In this document: positions 1-8,569 of the stretch, in pieces
Numbering within the stretch: the first letter of the stretch is position 1
Layout of the letters: every line of letters starts with the position of its first letter
Notes under the pieces: generated by a model
Seen by the model: only the letters and a program-made list of their open reading frames with translations
Database searches by the model: none
What the model was told of the DNA's origin: nothing
From: a virus
Lineage: Duplodnaviria > Caudoviricetes
DNA length: 37,404 nucleotides
Virus record (IMG/VR): IMGVR_UViG_3300030372_003522
Coordinates: 1 to 37,404 of that record
Reading direction: 5' to 3' (one strand)
Position numbers and translations under genes: made by a program

Positions 1-2
1 CA

Positions 3-1181
3 TCCGCAACGTGTAAAATTATGGTTCGTGGTACAGGTCAAAAGGTTAGGGGTTTAAAGTATGGCGCATACAGACCAACTCTTACTATTATAGACGATGG
101 TGAAGGTGATGGCAATGCAGCGACTCCTATGCAGCGTGATAAATTTAGAAGATGGATAGATACATCAGTAGTTCCTGGTTCAGATGACGGGAAAATTGTA
201 TTTATAGGAACAATTGTAGACGAAGAAGCATATCTTAACACTGTTGCTGGCTCTAAAGCTTTTAATAAAGATGGAGAAAAAATAATTAAAGGATGGAAAG
301 GATTGTTTTACCAATCTATCTTACAAGATACTAAACCACACGAGTTTGTTGCATCAGGAAAGGAAATAAATGATAAAGACAAAAATCCAAGAGTGTTATG
401 GGAAGAGCGTAGACCTTATTCATGGTTACTTGAGCGAAGAGAAGAAGCAAGAGCTAAAGGAGATATTGGATACTTTTTCCAAGAATATCAAAATGTTCCC
501 ATGGACGACTCTTTTAGAGTATTTAAAAAAGATGACATACAATACTATGATGGTTATTATACTCGTGAAGGTGATATTGATTATGTTATTGTCAAAGATG
601 GCAATGACAGTCTTAAAATTCCTATTAATATTTTTATGGGAGTTGACCCAGCTTCTTCGGAAAACATTAAAGCTAACTACACAGTAATAATGGTAGTAGG
701 GGTAGATGCAGAATTTAATGTATATGTTATTGATTACTTTCGTGGCCAAGTTTCTCCTATGGATGGCGCAGAAAAAATATTTGAGTTATCAGAAATGTAT
801 AACCCTAAATATGTAAACATTGAGGAAACAGGCCATGTGATGCTTGCAGACTATATGGAACGAACATCTAAGGAAACTGGCGTTTATTTACATATTAACA
901 GAAAAAAAGCTATACAAAAGAAATTTTACAGAATTAAATCTATGCAGCCCATGTTTGCATCTAAATCAGTGTTTCTTAAAAACGAACACTATGATTTGCA
1001 ACAAGAGTTGCTGGGTTTTAAAGAACACGCTACTTCAACAAAAGATACCCTAGATGCACTACGATGGGCGACTGATGATATATACGCTCCTAATCTAGAA
1101 TTAACTGAAGGTGGGGAGTGGCAATATCCTGAAATGTCTATAGGTGCAGATTGGGAAACAGGTGAATTAATATATAATTAA
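3..1181 (+). CDS. terL: Terminase large subunit, C-terminal part (5' truncated by window edge)
   Basis: Frame is open from position 3. GQKVRG...RPTLTIIDDGE (Walker B region), FIGT coupling motif, FFQEYQN, RNase H-like nuclease motifs MGVDPA, IEE, DTLDAL. Lies directly upstream of the portal. Confidence 0.93.
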   Translation, partial: SATCKIMVRGTGQKVRGLKYGAYRPTLTIIDDGEGDGNAATPMQRDKFRRWIDTSVVPGSDDGKIVFIGTIVDEEAYLNTVAGSKAFNKDGEKIIKGWKGLFYQSILQDTKPHEFVASGKEINDKDKNPRVLWEERRPYSWLLERREEARAKGDIGYFFQEYQNVPMDDSFRVFKKDDIQYYDGYYTREGDIDYVIVKDGNDSLKIPINIFMGVDPASSENIKANYTVIMVVGVDAEFNVYVIDYFRGQVSPMDGAEKIFELSEMYNPKYVNIEETGHVMLADYMERTSKETGVYLHINRKKAIQKKFYRIKSMQPMFASKSVFLKNEHYDLQQELLGFKEHATSTKDTLDALRWATDDIYAPNLELTEGGEWQYPEMSIGADWETGELIYN

Positions 1182-1191
1182 TTATAATACT

Positions 1192-1220
1192 TTGAAATAT
1201 GTATTAAAAGTATTTATTTT
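1192..1220 (+). promoter_or_regulatory. Possible sigma70-like promoter for the portal operon
   Basis: TTGAAA-N17-TATTTT, overlapped by inverted repeat AATACTTT (1186-1193)/AAAGTATT (1207-1214). GAGG RBS precedes ATG 1235. Confidence 0.35.
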
Positions 1221-1234
1221 ACGAACGAGGTTTT

Positions 1235-3253
1235 ATGTTAAATTTAAAAGATTTAGAAATACCAGAAATTGATGCTAACGAAATTCGTGATGAATATACT
1301 ATATATGAAAGCGAATCAAGTGAGTATCGCCATCAAATGGCCGAAGATGAAGAGTTTTTTCTAGGAAAGCAGTTATCTGAAGCTCAAAAAGACTATTTAA
1401 TAAGTGTAGGTCAACCACCAGAATCAAATAATAAAATAAGACCAGCTGTAGAGCAGGTGTTATCTAATATTGCTTCAGGAAAGCCTGAATGGGATGTAGA
1501 GCCTGTTGGTGATATGGATGGAAAGTTTGCATCTATATATAATCAGCTTATGGATAATATATGGTACAATTCTAATGGAGATTCTCAATTTCGTTCTGCT
1601 TGTAAAGATTTTATAGTAAAAGGTATAAGCTATTTGCATATATACCCAGATTATCATGCTGAAAGAGGTTTAGGAGCACTTAGAATAAAAAGGATAAACC
1701 CAGAATCTGTATTTGTAGACCCAAACTCTGCTATGCCAGATTTTTCAGATGCAACAAGCATTATATATTCAGATTTACATACAAAAGAATCTTTAAAGAT
1801 ATCTTTTCCAGATTTTGCTGAAGAAATAGAAGAGGCAAGAGAAGATTATTTTAGAAATGAAATATCTACAGGTAAGTATGATAGGGATGAAATATTTACA
1901 AGAGCAGATGAAACAGAAGATGCTCAACCTAAAGTAAGAAAGTTCGTAAGGTTTTCTAAAGTAAGTATTCCGATGGCTATGCTAACAGAGGTTGCTTCTG
2001 GCAAACAACAAATATTTGGCAAAGAAGCATATAAAAATTTTACAGAAGACTCTCGATACGAAGAATTAATAAAGAAAAATGCAATAATAGAAAAAATAGT
2101 ATATGAAACAAAAGTAAGAGAAACTTGTGTTATAGGAGATGTGGTATATTATGATGAAATTTTACCAATATCACATTATCCTATTATCCCAGCATGCAAC
2201 GAATATGTAGGAACACCATTCCCATCAGGAGATGTAAGGCATGCTAAAAGCCCTCAAAGAATGTTAAATAGAACAGAGGCATTATTAATATCTCACACAA
2301 GTTCAACAACAAATTTTAAATTAGTAGTTGAAGATGGAGCAATAGACCCTAAAGAACTGCAAAAATGGAATATTCCTAATGCAGTTATAAGGGCAAATCC
2401 AGGAGCTTTAAGAGAAGGTAAAATACGAGAATTTGCACCTCCTGCAGTTTCATCTCAATTATTTCAAGAAAAAGCTAGATATGAACTAGATATTGAACAA
2501 GTATTTGGAGCATATAAATATATGCAAGGATATGGCGGAGCATCTCCAGGAACTGTAGGAGAAGCTAGAATTATAGAAGATGCTGTATCTAGAAAACAAA
2601 ATTGGAAGATATTACCTATTTATGATATGTTAACAAATGCAGGAAAAGTAATAGTAGATTGGATTCCTAATGTTTATAATCAAGAAAGAGTATTAAGAAT
2701 GACTGATGAGTTTGGCGCAAGGCAAGAAGTTGCAGTTAATCAATCAGTAGTTGATAGATATGGTGATATCGTAAAATTATATGATATGACATCTAATACA
2801 GTTGATATTAGAGTTGTTATAGGGTCGACAAGAGCTAAATCTTCAGAAGCAGAATTACAAAAAGATTTACAATTGTTAGGAGCTGGAATTATAGATAAAA
2901 CTCAAGTAATAATGAATATGAAAACAGATATGGATAAACAAGCATTATTACAAAGAATGGGTGAAATATCACAATTATCACAAAGAGTTCAAGCTCTAGA
3001 AGAAGAATTAAAAGCTAAGCAAGGAGACTTGCAGACACGTGAACGTGAATTGTTCCATACTAAGATGAGAGCAGAAGTATCAGAGGCTACTAAACCTGTT
3101 ATACAGGCGCAGTCTAATATTAAAGCTCAAGCTAAGGTGGAATCTGAACGACAGCGGAATAAAACAAAACAAGTTGAAAAAGATTTAGCTAGTGCTGAAA
3201 AAGCGGTTAACTCAGAACAAACAGCCCCTCCTCCTGATATAGGATTAGGGTAA
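1235..3253 (+). CDS. Portal protein (P22-like)
   Basis: 672 aa after terL. FFLGKQ, NKIRPAVEQV, VFVDP, YPIIP, KSPQRMLN motifs and a C-terminal coiled coil are typical of P22-like portals. Confidence 0.88.
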   Translation: MLNLKDLEIPEIDANEIRDEYTIYESESSEYRHQMAEDEEFFLGKQLSEAQKDYLISVGQPPESNNKIRPAVEQVLSNIASGKPEWDVEPVGDMDGKFASIYNQLMDNIWYNSNGDSQFRSACKDFIVKGISYLHIYPDYHAERGLGALRIKRINPESVFVDPNSAMPDFSDATSIIYSDLHTKESLKISFPDFAEEIEEAREDYFRNEISTGKYDRDEIFTRADETEDAQPKVRKFVRFSKVSIPMAMLTEVASGKQQIFGKEAYKNFTEDSRYEELIKKNAIIEKIVYETKVRETCVIGDVVYYDEILPISHYPIIPACNEYVGTPFPSGDVRHAKSPQRMLNRTEALLISHTSSTTNFKLVVEDGAIDPKELQKWNIPNAVIRANPGALREGKIREFAPPAVSSQLFQEKARYELDIEQVFGAYKYMQGYGGASPGTVGEARIIEDAVSRKQNWKILPIYDMLTNAGKVIVDWIPNVYNQERVLRMTDEFGARQEVAVNQSVVDRYGDIVKLYDMTSNTVDIRVVIGSTRAKSSEAELQKDLQLLGAGIIDKTQVIMNMKTDMDKQALLQRMGEISQLSQRVQALEEELKAKQGDLQTRERELFHTKMRAEVSEATKPVIQAQSNIKAQAKVESERQRNKTKQVEKDLASAEKAVNSEQTAPPPDIGLG

Positions 3254-3275
3254 CTGAAATAAAAGGAGCATCGAA

Positions 3276-4142
3276 ATGTCAGACGACCAAACACAACAAG
3301 TAGAAGAAACTAATGAAGATAACCTTAATGTAGTTGATGTTTTACAAGACTTCAATACAGCAAGAGGCTCTTCTGAAGAACCTGCAACCGAGGAAGTTCA
3401 ATTAGAAGAATCAAACGTTGAAGCCAAAGAGGAAAAGGTAGTAGATAGTAAGAGTTGGTTAATAGAAAATAAGTTTGAAGATACAGATGAAGGAAGAGCT
3501 AATCTTGCTAAATCATATCGAGAACTTCAAAGTAAAATAGACAAGGATAAGGTTGAGATTGATAAAAAAGCCTCAGACCTTGAGCGACTAGAAAAGCTGG
3601 ATGCTTTATTAAAAGAAAATCCTAATGTTGTGACAGCAATGAAGGATGCTTTAAATGAAGAACAAAAGCAAGTTGATGGACCACCACAAAAGCCAGAAAG
3701 CTATGACATACTGGACGAAAGTATAGATGGAACAGAGTCAAATGCATGGAGACAACAATATGATGAGTGGTTAATATCTCAAGGAAGAAAGCAAGCTGTT
3801 AAAGAAGTTGATAACTTTAAGCAGGAAATAGCTTTAAAAGAATCTCAAATGAAAGAACTTGCTGAATTACAATCTATGGGTATGAGCGATGAAGAAATAG
3901 TTGATTATAAAAACTTTATTTCTTCTGACCAAAACCTAACCAATGAAACACTAGTACAAGTATATCGTTTCCTTAAAGGCAACAAAGCAAAGACTAATAC
4001 AGAAACTAAAGTAGAACAGCCTATTGTAGAAAAAAGGACTACAGCTGCTGCAACTACAGGTTCAATTCCTCCAGCAAAAAAAACTGCTGAGAAAGAAAAG
4101 GATGAGTTTTTTGATAGTCTTATGCAATTTAGTAGACAATAA
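3276..4142 (+). CDS. Capsid scaffolding protein
   Basis: Acidic, helical 288 aa protein between portal and capsid genes; LAKSYRELQSK motif; AAGGAG RBS. Confidence 0.75.
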   Translation: MSDDQTQQVEETNEDNLNVVDVLQDFNTARGSSEEPATEEVQLEESNVEAKEEKVVDSKSWLIENKFEDTDEGRANLAKSYRELQSKIDKDKVEIDKKASDLERLEKLDALLKENPNVVTAMKDALNEEQKQVDGPPQKPESYDILDESIDGTESNAWRQQYDEWLISQGRKQAVKEVDNFKQEIALKESQMKELAELQSMGMSDEEIVDYKNFISSDQNLTNETLVQVYRFLKGNKAKTNTETKVEQPIVEKRTTAAATTGSIPPAKKTAEKEKDEFFDSLMQFSRQ

Positions 4143-4170
4143 AAAATAACCTTAAGGAAAGGAGCCAATA

Positions 4171-5679
4171 ATGGCAAATACAACTTATGGAACTGGAACA
4201 GCGTTACAGTTTTCTGATGCTACACAACGTCAGGTACTGGAACTTGGTTCTAAAATCCACTATTATAATCCTTCCGTAACTCCTTTATTGACACTAATGG
4301 GTCGTATGTCAACAAATGTGACTCCTGTGCCAATTTTCGAGTGGATGGAAGATGAATACATGATTCAAAAATCAATCAAACAAAGCATTATTACAGAAGG
4401 AGCTGACTCTGCAACAGTAAATGTTACAGATACAGCAACTGGTGGTATTAATGGTCATAACACTGTAGTTAAGTTTGACAAGCAAGCTGCATTAGAAGTA
4501 TTTGAAGTAGGTGGTATTTATTCTGCTTCTGTGGCTGGAGGTTCAGCTGCGCTTCAAACTGCTGTTACTCATTTTATCTGTGTTGCAATAGGTAAAAAAT
4601 GTAATGTTACTAGCGCAACAGATAGGCACGTTCAATTTATTGGTGCTCACGTAAAATCAAGCGATTCTACTGTTTATCAAGTTGAGCAGTGTGCTGATGG
4701 TAGTGATTTAATTACTGTAGATGCTGCTGGTGTTTTAACTCTTACATACTTAGGAACTGCAGGAACATATGATGGTGGTGCTAATTTTGGTGCACAAGGC
4801 TTGTTCCAAGCAGAAACTGCTTTTGTTGATGATAAAGAGTTTAACTTAGAAGGTGGCCTTGGAGTATACGCTGAAGGTTCTGCTATAGGTGAAGAAACTA
4901 GAAAAAGAGTTAGACGTTTAAGTAACTGTACTCAAATTTTTAGAGAGCCTTATGCAATTACTGGAACAGCTATGGCTGCAAAGCATTATGGTGGTTCAGA
5001 ATTAGCTAGATTACAAGCAAGAAAACTTGCTAAAATCAAGTCTGATATTGAATTTGCTATGCTTACTAATGGAGACATTTCTTTAGACTCATCTTCTGAA
5101 AATCCAAAAAGAACAATGGCAGGATTTGGATTAGGACAATCTGCAGGAACTGGCGTTGTCAAATCACTTGATGGTAGAGGAGACGCTAACCTTCAAGTAG
5201 ATTTTGATGGTGCTGGATTAGATGAAATGGATGCCGCTGTAGAATATGTATTTTCTGATACCATGGAAGGTTCTATGGAAAAAACAGTTCTTTGCTCTAA
5301 CAAGTGGTTAAGATTTATTACATCACTTGGCAGACAAGGAATTGGTCCAACAGGAACTCCTGTAGCATCTAATGGAGCGTCTATTAATGTTAACTCAGGC
5401 GATGCAAATGCAACTGCTGGTTTAAGAGTAACATCATATCAAGGCCCTGTAGGAGTATTAAACTTTATACCTCACCCAATGTTAAAAGGTGCATATGAAG
5501 ATTTTGCTCTTGCTGTTGATATGGCAAATGTAGACCTACGACCTTTAGCATCAAGAGACATGCAGCTTAGAAGCGATGTTGTTAATGATGGTAGAGATGG
5601 TAGAGTTGATGAGTGGTTAATGGAAGTGGGAATGGAAGTTCGAAACGAACAAACACACGCTATCCTAAAACTTACTTAA
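4171..5679 (+). CDS. Major capsid protein (SU10-like, HK97 fold)
   Basis: TPLLTL, FEWMEDE, YAEGS, NCTQIFREPYAITGTA, KSDIEFAML, RTMAG and terminal E.GMEVRNEQTHAIL motifs; followed by a strong hairpin. Confidence 0.88.
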   Translation: MANTTYGTGTALQFSDATQRQVLELGSKIHYYNPSVTPLLTLMGRMSTNVTPVPIFEWMEDEYMIQKSIKQSIITEGADSATVNVTDTATGGINGHNTVVKFDKQAALEVFEVGGIYSASVAGGSAALQTAVTHFICVAIGKKCNVTSATDRHVQFIGAHVKSSDSTVYQVEQCADGSDLITVDAAGVLTLTYLGTAGTYDGGANFGAQGLFQAETAFVDDKEFNLEGGLGVYAEGSAIGEETRKRVRRLSNCTQIFREPYAITGTAMAAKHYGGSELARLQARKLAKIKSDIEFAMLTNGDISLDSSSENPKRTMAGFGLGQSAGTGVVKSLDGRGDANLQVDFDGAGLDEMDAAVEYVFSDTMEGSMEKTVLCSNKWLRFITSLGRQGIGPTGTPVASNGASINVNSGDANATAGLRVTSYQGPVGVLNFIPHPMLKGAYEDFALAVDMANVDLRPLASRDMQLRSDVVNDGRDGRVDEWLMEVGMEVRNEQTHAILKLT

Positions 5680-5693
5680 TAGTTAGTTAATAG

Positions 5694-5723
5694 TATAAGG
5701 GGGGAAGAAATTCCTCCCTTATA
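5694..5723 (+). terminator. Stem-loop after the capsid gene (terminator or stabiliser)
   Basis: TATAAGGGGGGAA-GAAA-TTCCTCCCTTATA: 13-bp stem with one G-U and a GNRA loop. The U-tract is weak, so it may be leaky. Confidence 0.65.
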
Positions 5724-5755
5724 TTGTAAAAATTACGTAAATTAAAGAGTAAATT

Positions 5756-6046
5756 ATGTCAAAGAAAAAAGATTCAAGATTAAAAAGAGCAGGAGTATCA
5801 GGTTACAATAAACCTAAAAGAACTCCTAGTCACCCTAAAAAATCTCATGTTGTTGTAGCTAAAGAAGGTGGCAAAGTAAAAACAATTAGATTTGGCCAGC
5901 AAGGTGTTAAAACAGCAGGCAAACCTAAAAAAGGTGAATCTCAAAGACAAAAAAATAGAAGGAAGTCATTTAAAGCTAGGCATGCTAAAAATATTAAAAG
6001 AGGCAAAATGTCTGCAGCATACTGGGCTAATAAAGTAAAATGGTAA
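5756..6046 (+). CDS. Small Lys/Arg-rich protein 1
   Basis: TIRFGQQG...RRKSFKARH...SAAYWANKVKW, a motif set I recognise from uncultured aquatic phages; function unknown. Confidence 0.8.
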   Translation: MSKKKDSRLKRAGVSGYNKPKRTPSHPKKSHVVVAKEGGKVKTIRFGQQGVKTAGKPKKGESQRQKNRRKSFKARHAKNIKRGKMSAAYWANKVKW

Positions 6047-6049
6047 TAC

Positions 6050-6238
6050 ATGGCTACTAAAAAGAAAAAAAGCACAGTTAACAAAGCTGGTAATTATACA
6101 AAACCTACAATGAGAAAAAGGTTATTTAATAAAATTAAAGCAAGTTCAAAGGGCGGGCCTAAAGGAGTATGGAGTGCCAGAAAAGCTCAAATGCTTGCAA
6201 GAGAATATAAGAAAAAAGGTGGAGGGTATAGAAATTAA
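6050..6238 (+). CDS. Small Lys/Arg-rich protein 2
   Basis: NYTKP...WSARKAQMLAREYKKKGGGY; stop overlaps the next start (TAATG). Confidence 0.8.
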   Translation: MATKKKKSTVNKAGNYTKPTMRKRLFNKIKASSKGGPKGVWSARKAQMLAREYKKKGGGYRN

Positions 6239-6483
6239 TGCCTCTTAAAAAGTCACAAAAATCGTTAAAAAAATGGACCGCTCAAAAGTGGGACTATATA
6301 ACTAAAAGTGACAAGAAAAAACCTAAAAAGAAAAGAGGTAGATATTTACCTAAGTCTGTTAGACAAAGTCTTACACCTGCTCAAAAAGCAGCTGAAAATA
6401 GAAAGAAAAGAAAAGCTACAAAAGCAGGAAAAGTTAGAGCAAAATACTCTAAAACTGTTAGAAAAAAAATAAGAGGAAAATAG
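6238..6483 (+). CDS. Small Lys/Arg-rich protein 3
   Basis: SQKSLKKWTAQKW...RYLPK; translationally coupled on both sides. Confidence 0.8.
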   Translation: MPLKKSQKSLKKWTAQKWDYITKSDKKKPKKKRGRYLPKSVRQSLTPAQKAAENRKKRKATKAGKVRAKYSKTVRKKIRGK

Positions 6484-6662
6484 TGAAAGAATCTATAAAA
6501 GGTGTAAGCATTAAAGGATTAAATAAAAGGCAGCAAAATGCTATGAAAAATCACAGTAAACATCATACTGCAAAACATATAAAAAGTATGGTTGTAATGA
6601 TGAAAAAAGGAAAAACATTTACTGCTTCTCATAAAGCTGCTATGAAAAAAGTTGGAAAATAA
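6483..6662 (+). CDS. Small His/Lys/Met-rich basic protein 4 (59 aa, not in ORF track)
   Basis: GTG overlaps the upstream TAG, with AGAGG RBS. Translates MKESIKGVSIKGLNKRQQNAMKNHSKHHTAKHIKSMVVMMKKGKTFTASHKAAMKKVGK. Confidence 0.75.
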   Translation: MKESIKGVSIKGLNKRQQNAMKNHSKHHTAKHIKSMVVMMKKGKTFTASHKAAMKKVGK

Positions 6663-6675
6663 ATAGGAGGCAATT

Positions 6676-6810
6676 ATGCCATACGGTAAAGGAACATACG
6701 GTAAAAAAAGAGGAAGACCATCAAAGAAAGCTAAGATGTCAATTAAGAAAAAAATGTCTTCTGCTATGAAGAAAAAATTAATGTCATTAAAAAAGAAAAA
6801 GAAGAAGTAA
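6676..6810 (+). CDS. Small basic peptide 5 with AT-hook-like motif (44 aa, not in ORF track)
   Basis: AGGAGG RBS 5 nt upstream. Translates MPYGKGTYGKKRGRPSKKAKMSIKKKMSSAMKKKLMSLKKKKKK; stop abuts the next GTG. Confidence 0.8.
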   Translation: MPYGKGTYGKKRGRPSKKAKMSIKKKMSSAMKKKLMSLKKKKKK

Positions 6811-7755
6811 GTGAGATATCAAGAAGCATATGAATTAATACAAGTATCACTAGACTCTCAAGGTTTAGTGCAATTTCCTATTAGTGAAAAACTTAAATCA
6901 CAGTTTTTTGATAATACGGTTAAAGATATTGCACATAGAGTTGTTCGTAAAGTAAATGTAGAAACCTTTACTGCAGGTGGTGATAACTTTGTATTTTCTA
7001 ATCCTGACTATAGTGGACAAGTATACAAAGTAGAGCTTATTGATTCTGACTCTAATTCATCAAATAATAAAAAAGTAATTCCATTTGTACCCGAGTCTGC
7101 AATGATAAGTGATGATGATAGTAATGTTACAAATGTAGGGTATTTTTTAAAAACAGATATTTCAAGAGGTACTTTAAGCGACACATCAGTATTTGGTTCG
7201 GGTTCAGGAGGAGATAATCTTCTTGCTGTTTCGTCTACTAACAGCTTAGATAATGGTGATTATGTTATTTTTTCTGAAGTTGTTTCTGATGGTAGTGCTG
7301 CTGTTCCTGCAAATCAAGCACATTATGATGAATTTATAAATGGGAAAAGATTTGTAGTTAGTTCGGTAACTTCAAGTGCATTTTCTGTTACGGTTGAAAG
7401 TAATTCAACAGCTGCTACTGCAATGGCATCTGATACGGTTTCAGGGCAATGGGTAGAAGATACAGATAAAATATATTTCACTAAAGATGTATCAGGAACT
7501 GTTAAGGTTTATTACTACTCAACGCCTGAAGTTAGAAACAATGTTACAAGCAGAATTGATTTGCCAGACCAGTTAATACCTGCAGCTATACATCATACAG
7601 TAGGACAATGTTTAGAGCTATCAGGGGCATTGCAAATTGGTGCTGGACATAGAGCATTAGCAGCAGGTCTAGAGGCGGATTATTTAAAAACATCAAGAGC
7701 TAAAGAAGCTATGCAAGATATATTGCCTCTTCCATTACAGGACTTTGTATTATAA
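6811..7755 (+). CDS. Putative head-tail adaptor / tail tubular protein with beta-rich insertion
   Basis: Position after the head genes; helical termini with VKVYYY..P and DLPDQLIPAAIHH typical of podovirus adaptors; Ser/Val-rich central insert. Confidence 0.55.
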   Translation: MRYQEAYELIQVSLDSQGLVQFPISEKLKSQFFDNTVKDIAHRVVRKVNVETFTAGGDNFVFSNPDYSGQVYKVELIDSDSNSSNNKKVIPFVPESAMISDDDSNVTNVGYFLKTDISRGTLSDTSVFGSGSGGDNLLAVSSTNSLDNGDYVIFSEVVSDGSAAVPANQAHYDEFINGKRFVVSSVTSSAFSVTVESNSTAATAMASDTVSGQWVEDTDKIYFTKDVSGTVKVYYYSTPEVRNNVTSRIDLPDQLIPAAIHHTVGQCLELSGALQIGAGHRALAAGLEADYLKTSRAKEAMQDILPLPLQDFVL

Positions 7756-8567
7756 TGGCAAATTATCAAACAAGAATAGAAGATTTAATAGGAGCTTTAA
7801 CAGCCGCAGATACGCAATTACTAAGTGATTGCTTGACAGATTCAGCTAGAGATATAATTAATTTAGCTCCAGTCAATCAATTATGGGCATTATCGTCAAT
7901 ATCAGATGATATAACTAGCAACGGATATTCTTTAGCATCTAAAGGTATTAAAGTTTTACAAGTAGAAAGAGAAAATGGCGTAGATGGTCAATATGTAATA
8001 TGTAAAGAAGTTGCTATGAACTATGAGCGTAAAGTTCAAGATGTAAATAGTATGTTTTATCCATCTACAGAAGAGCCTGTATATTTAAGAAAAACAAATC
8101 AAGTATACGTATACCCAGCTCCAGGGGCAAGTCCTAATGCTTTTAAAGTTGTTACGGTAGACTTTCCTTCTATTGCGCATACACAAGATATAAGTGACAA
8201 CGTATTCCCTAGAGATTGGGATGCAGCTTTAGTATATGGAGCTGCACTAAAATGTTGTTCAAGATTAATGTCAGATGTGACAATAGAATATAATGATGCA
8301 ACTACAAAAGCACAAAGCCTGATTGATGCCTCTGATATGGGTGGAGATAGTGCTACAGCAGAAAGCGCACAATATTGGCTATTAGACGAAGATATAGAAA
8401 TGGTAAATGCTACTATATCTACAGCATCTGCAGAGCTATCTAGGGCTCAAGTATTATTAAGTAAAAAACAATCATTAGCGCAAGATATAGAACATATTAA
8501 AGTGTTATATAGAGGTGCTATAGAATCTATATTCCCAACACAAAACACACAACAGCAAGGTAGCTAA
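7755..8567 (+). CDS. Putative second adaptor / tail tubular A-like protein
   Basis: VYVYPAP and FPRDWDAALVYGAA adaptor-like motifs; coupled to the previous gene. Confidence 0.55.
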   Translation: MANYQTRIEDLIGALTAADTQLLSDCLTDSARDIINLAPVNQLWALSSISDDITSNGYSLASKGIKVLQVERENGVDGQYVICKEVAMNYERKVQDVNSMFYPSTEEPVYLRKTNQVYVYPAPGASPNAFKVVTVDFPSIAHTQDISDNVFPRDWDAALVYGAALKCCSRLMSDVTIEYNDATTKAQSLIDASDMGGDSATAESAQYWLLDEDIEMVNATISTASAELSRAQVLLSKKQSLAQDIEHIKVLYRGAIESIFPTQNTQQQGS

Positions 8568-8569
8568 TC

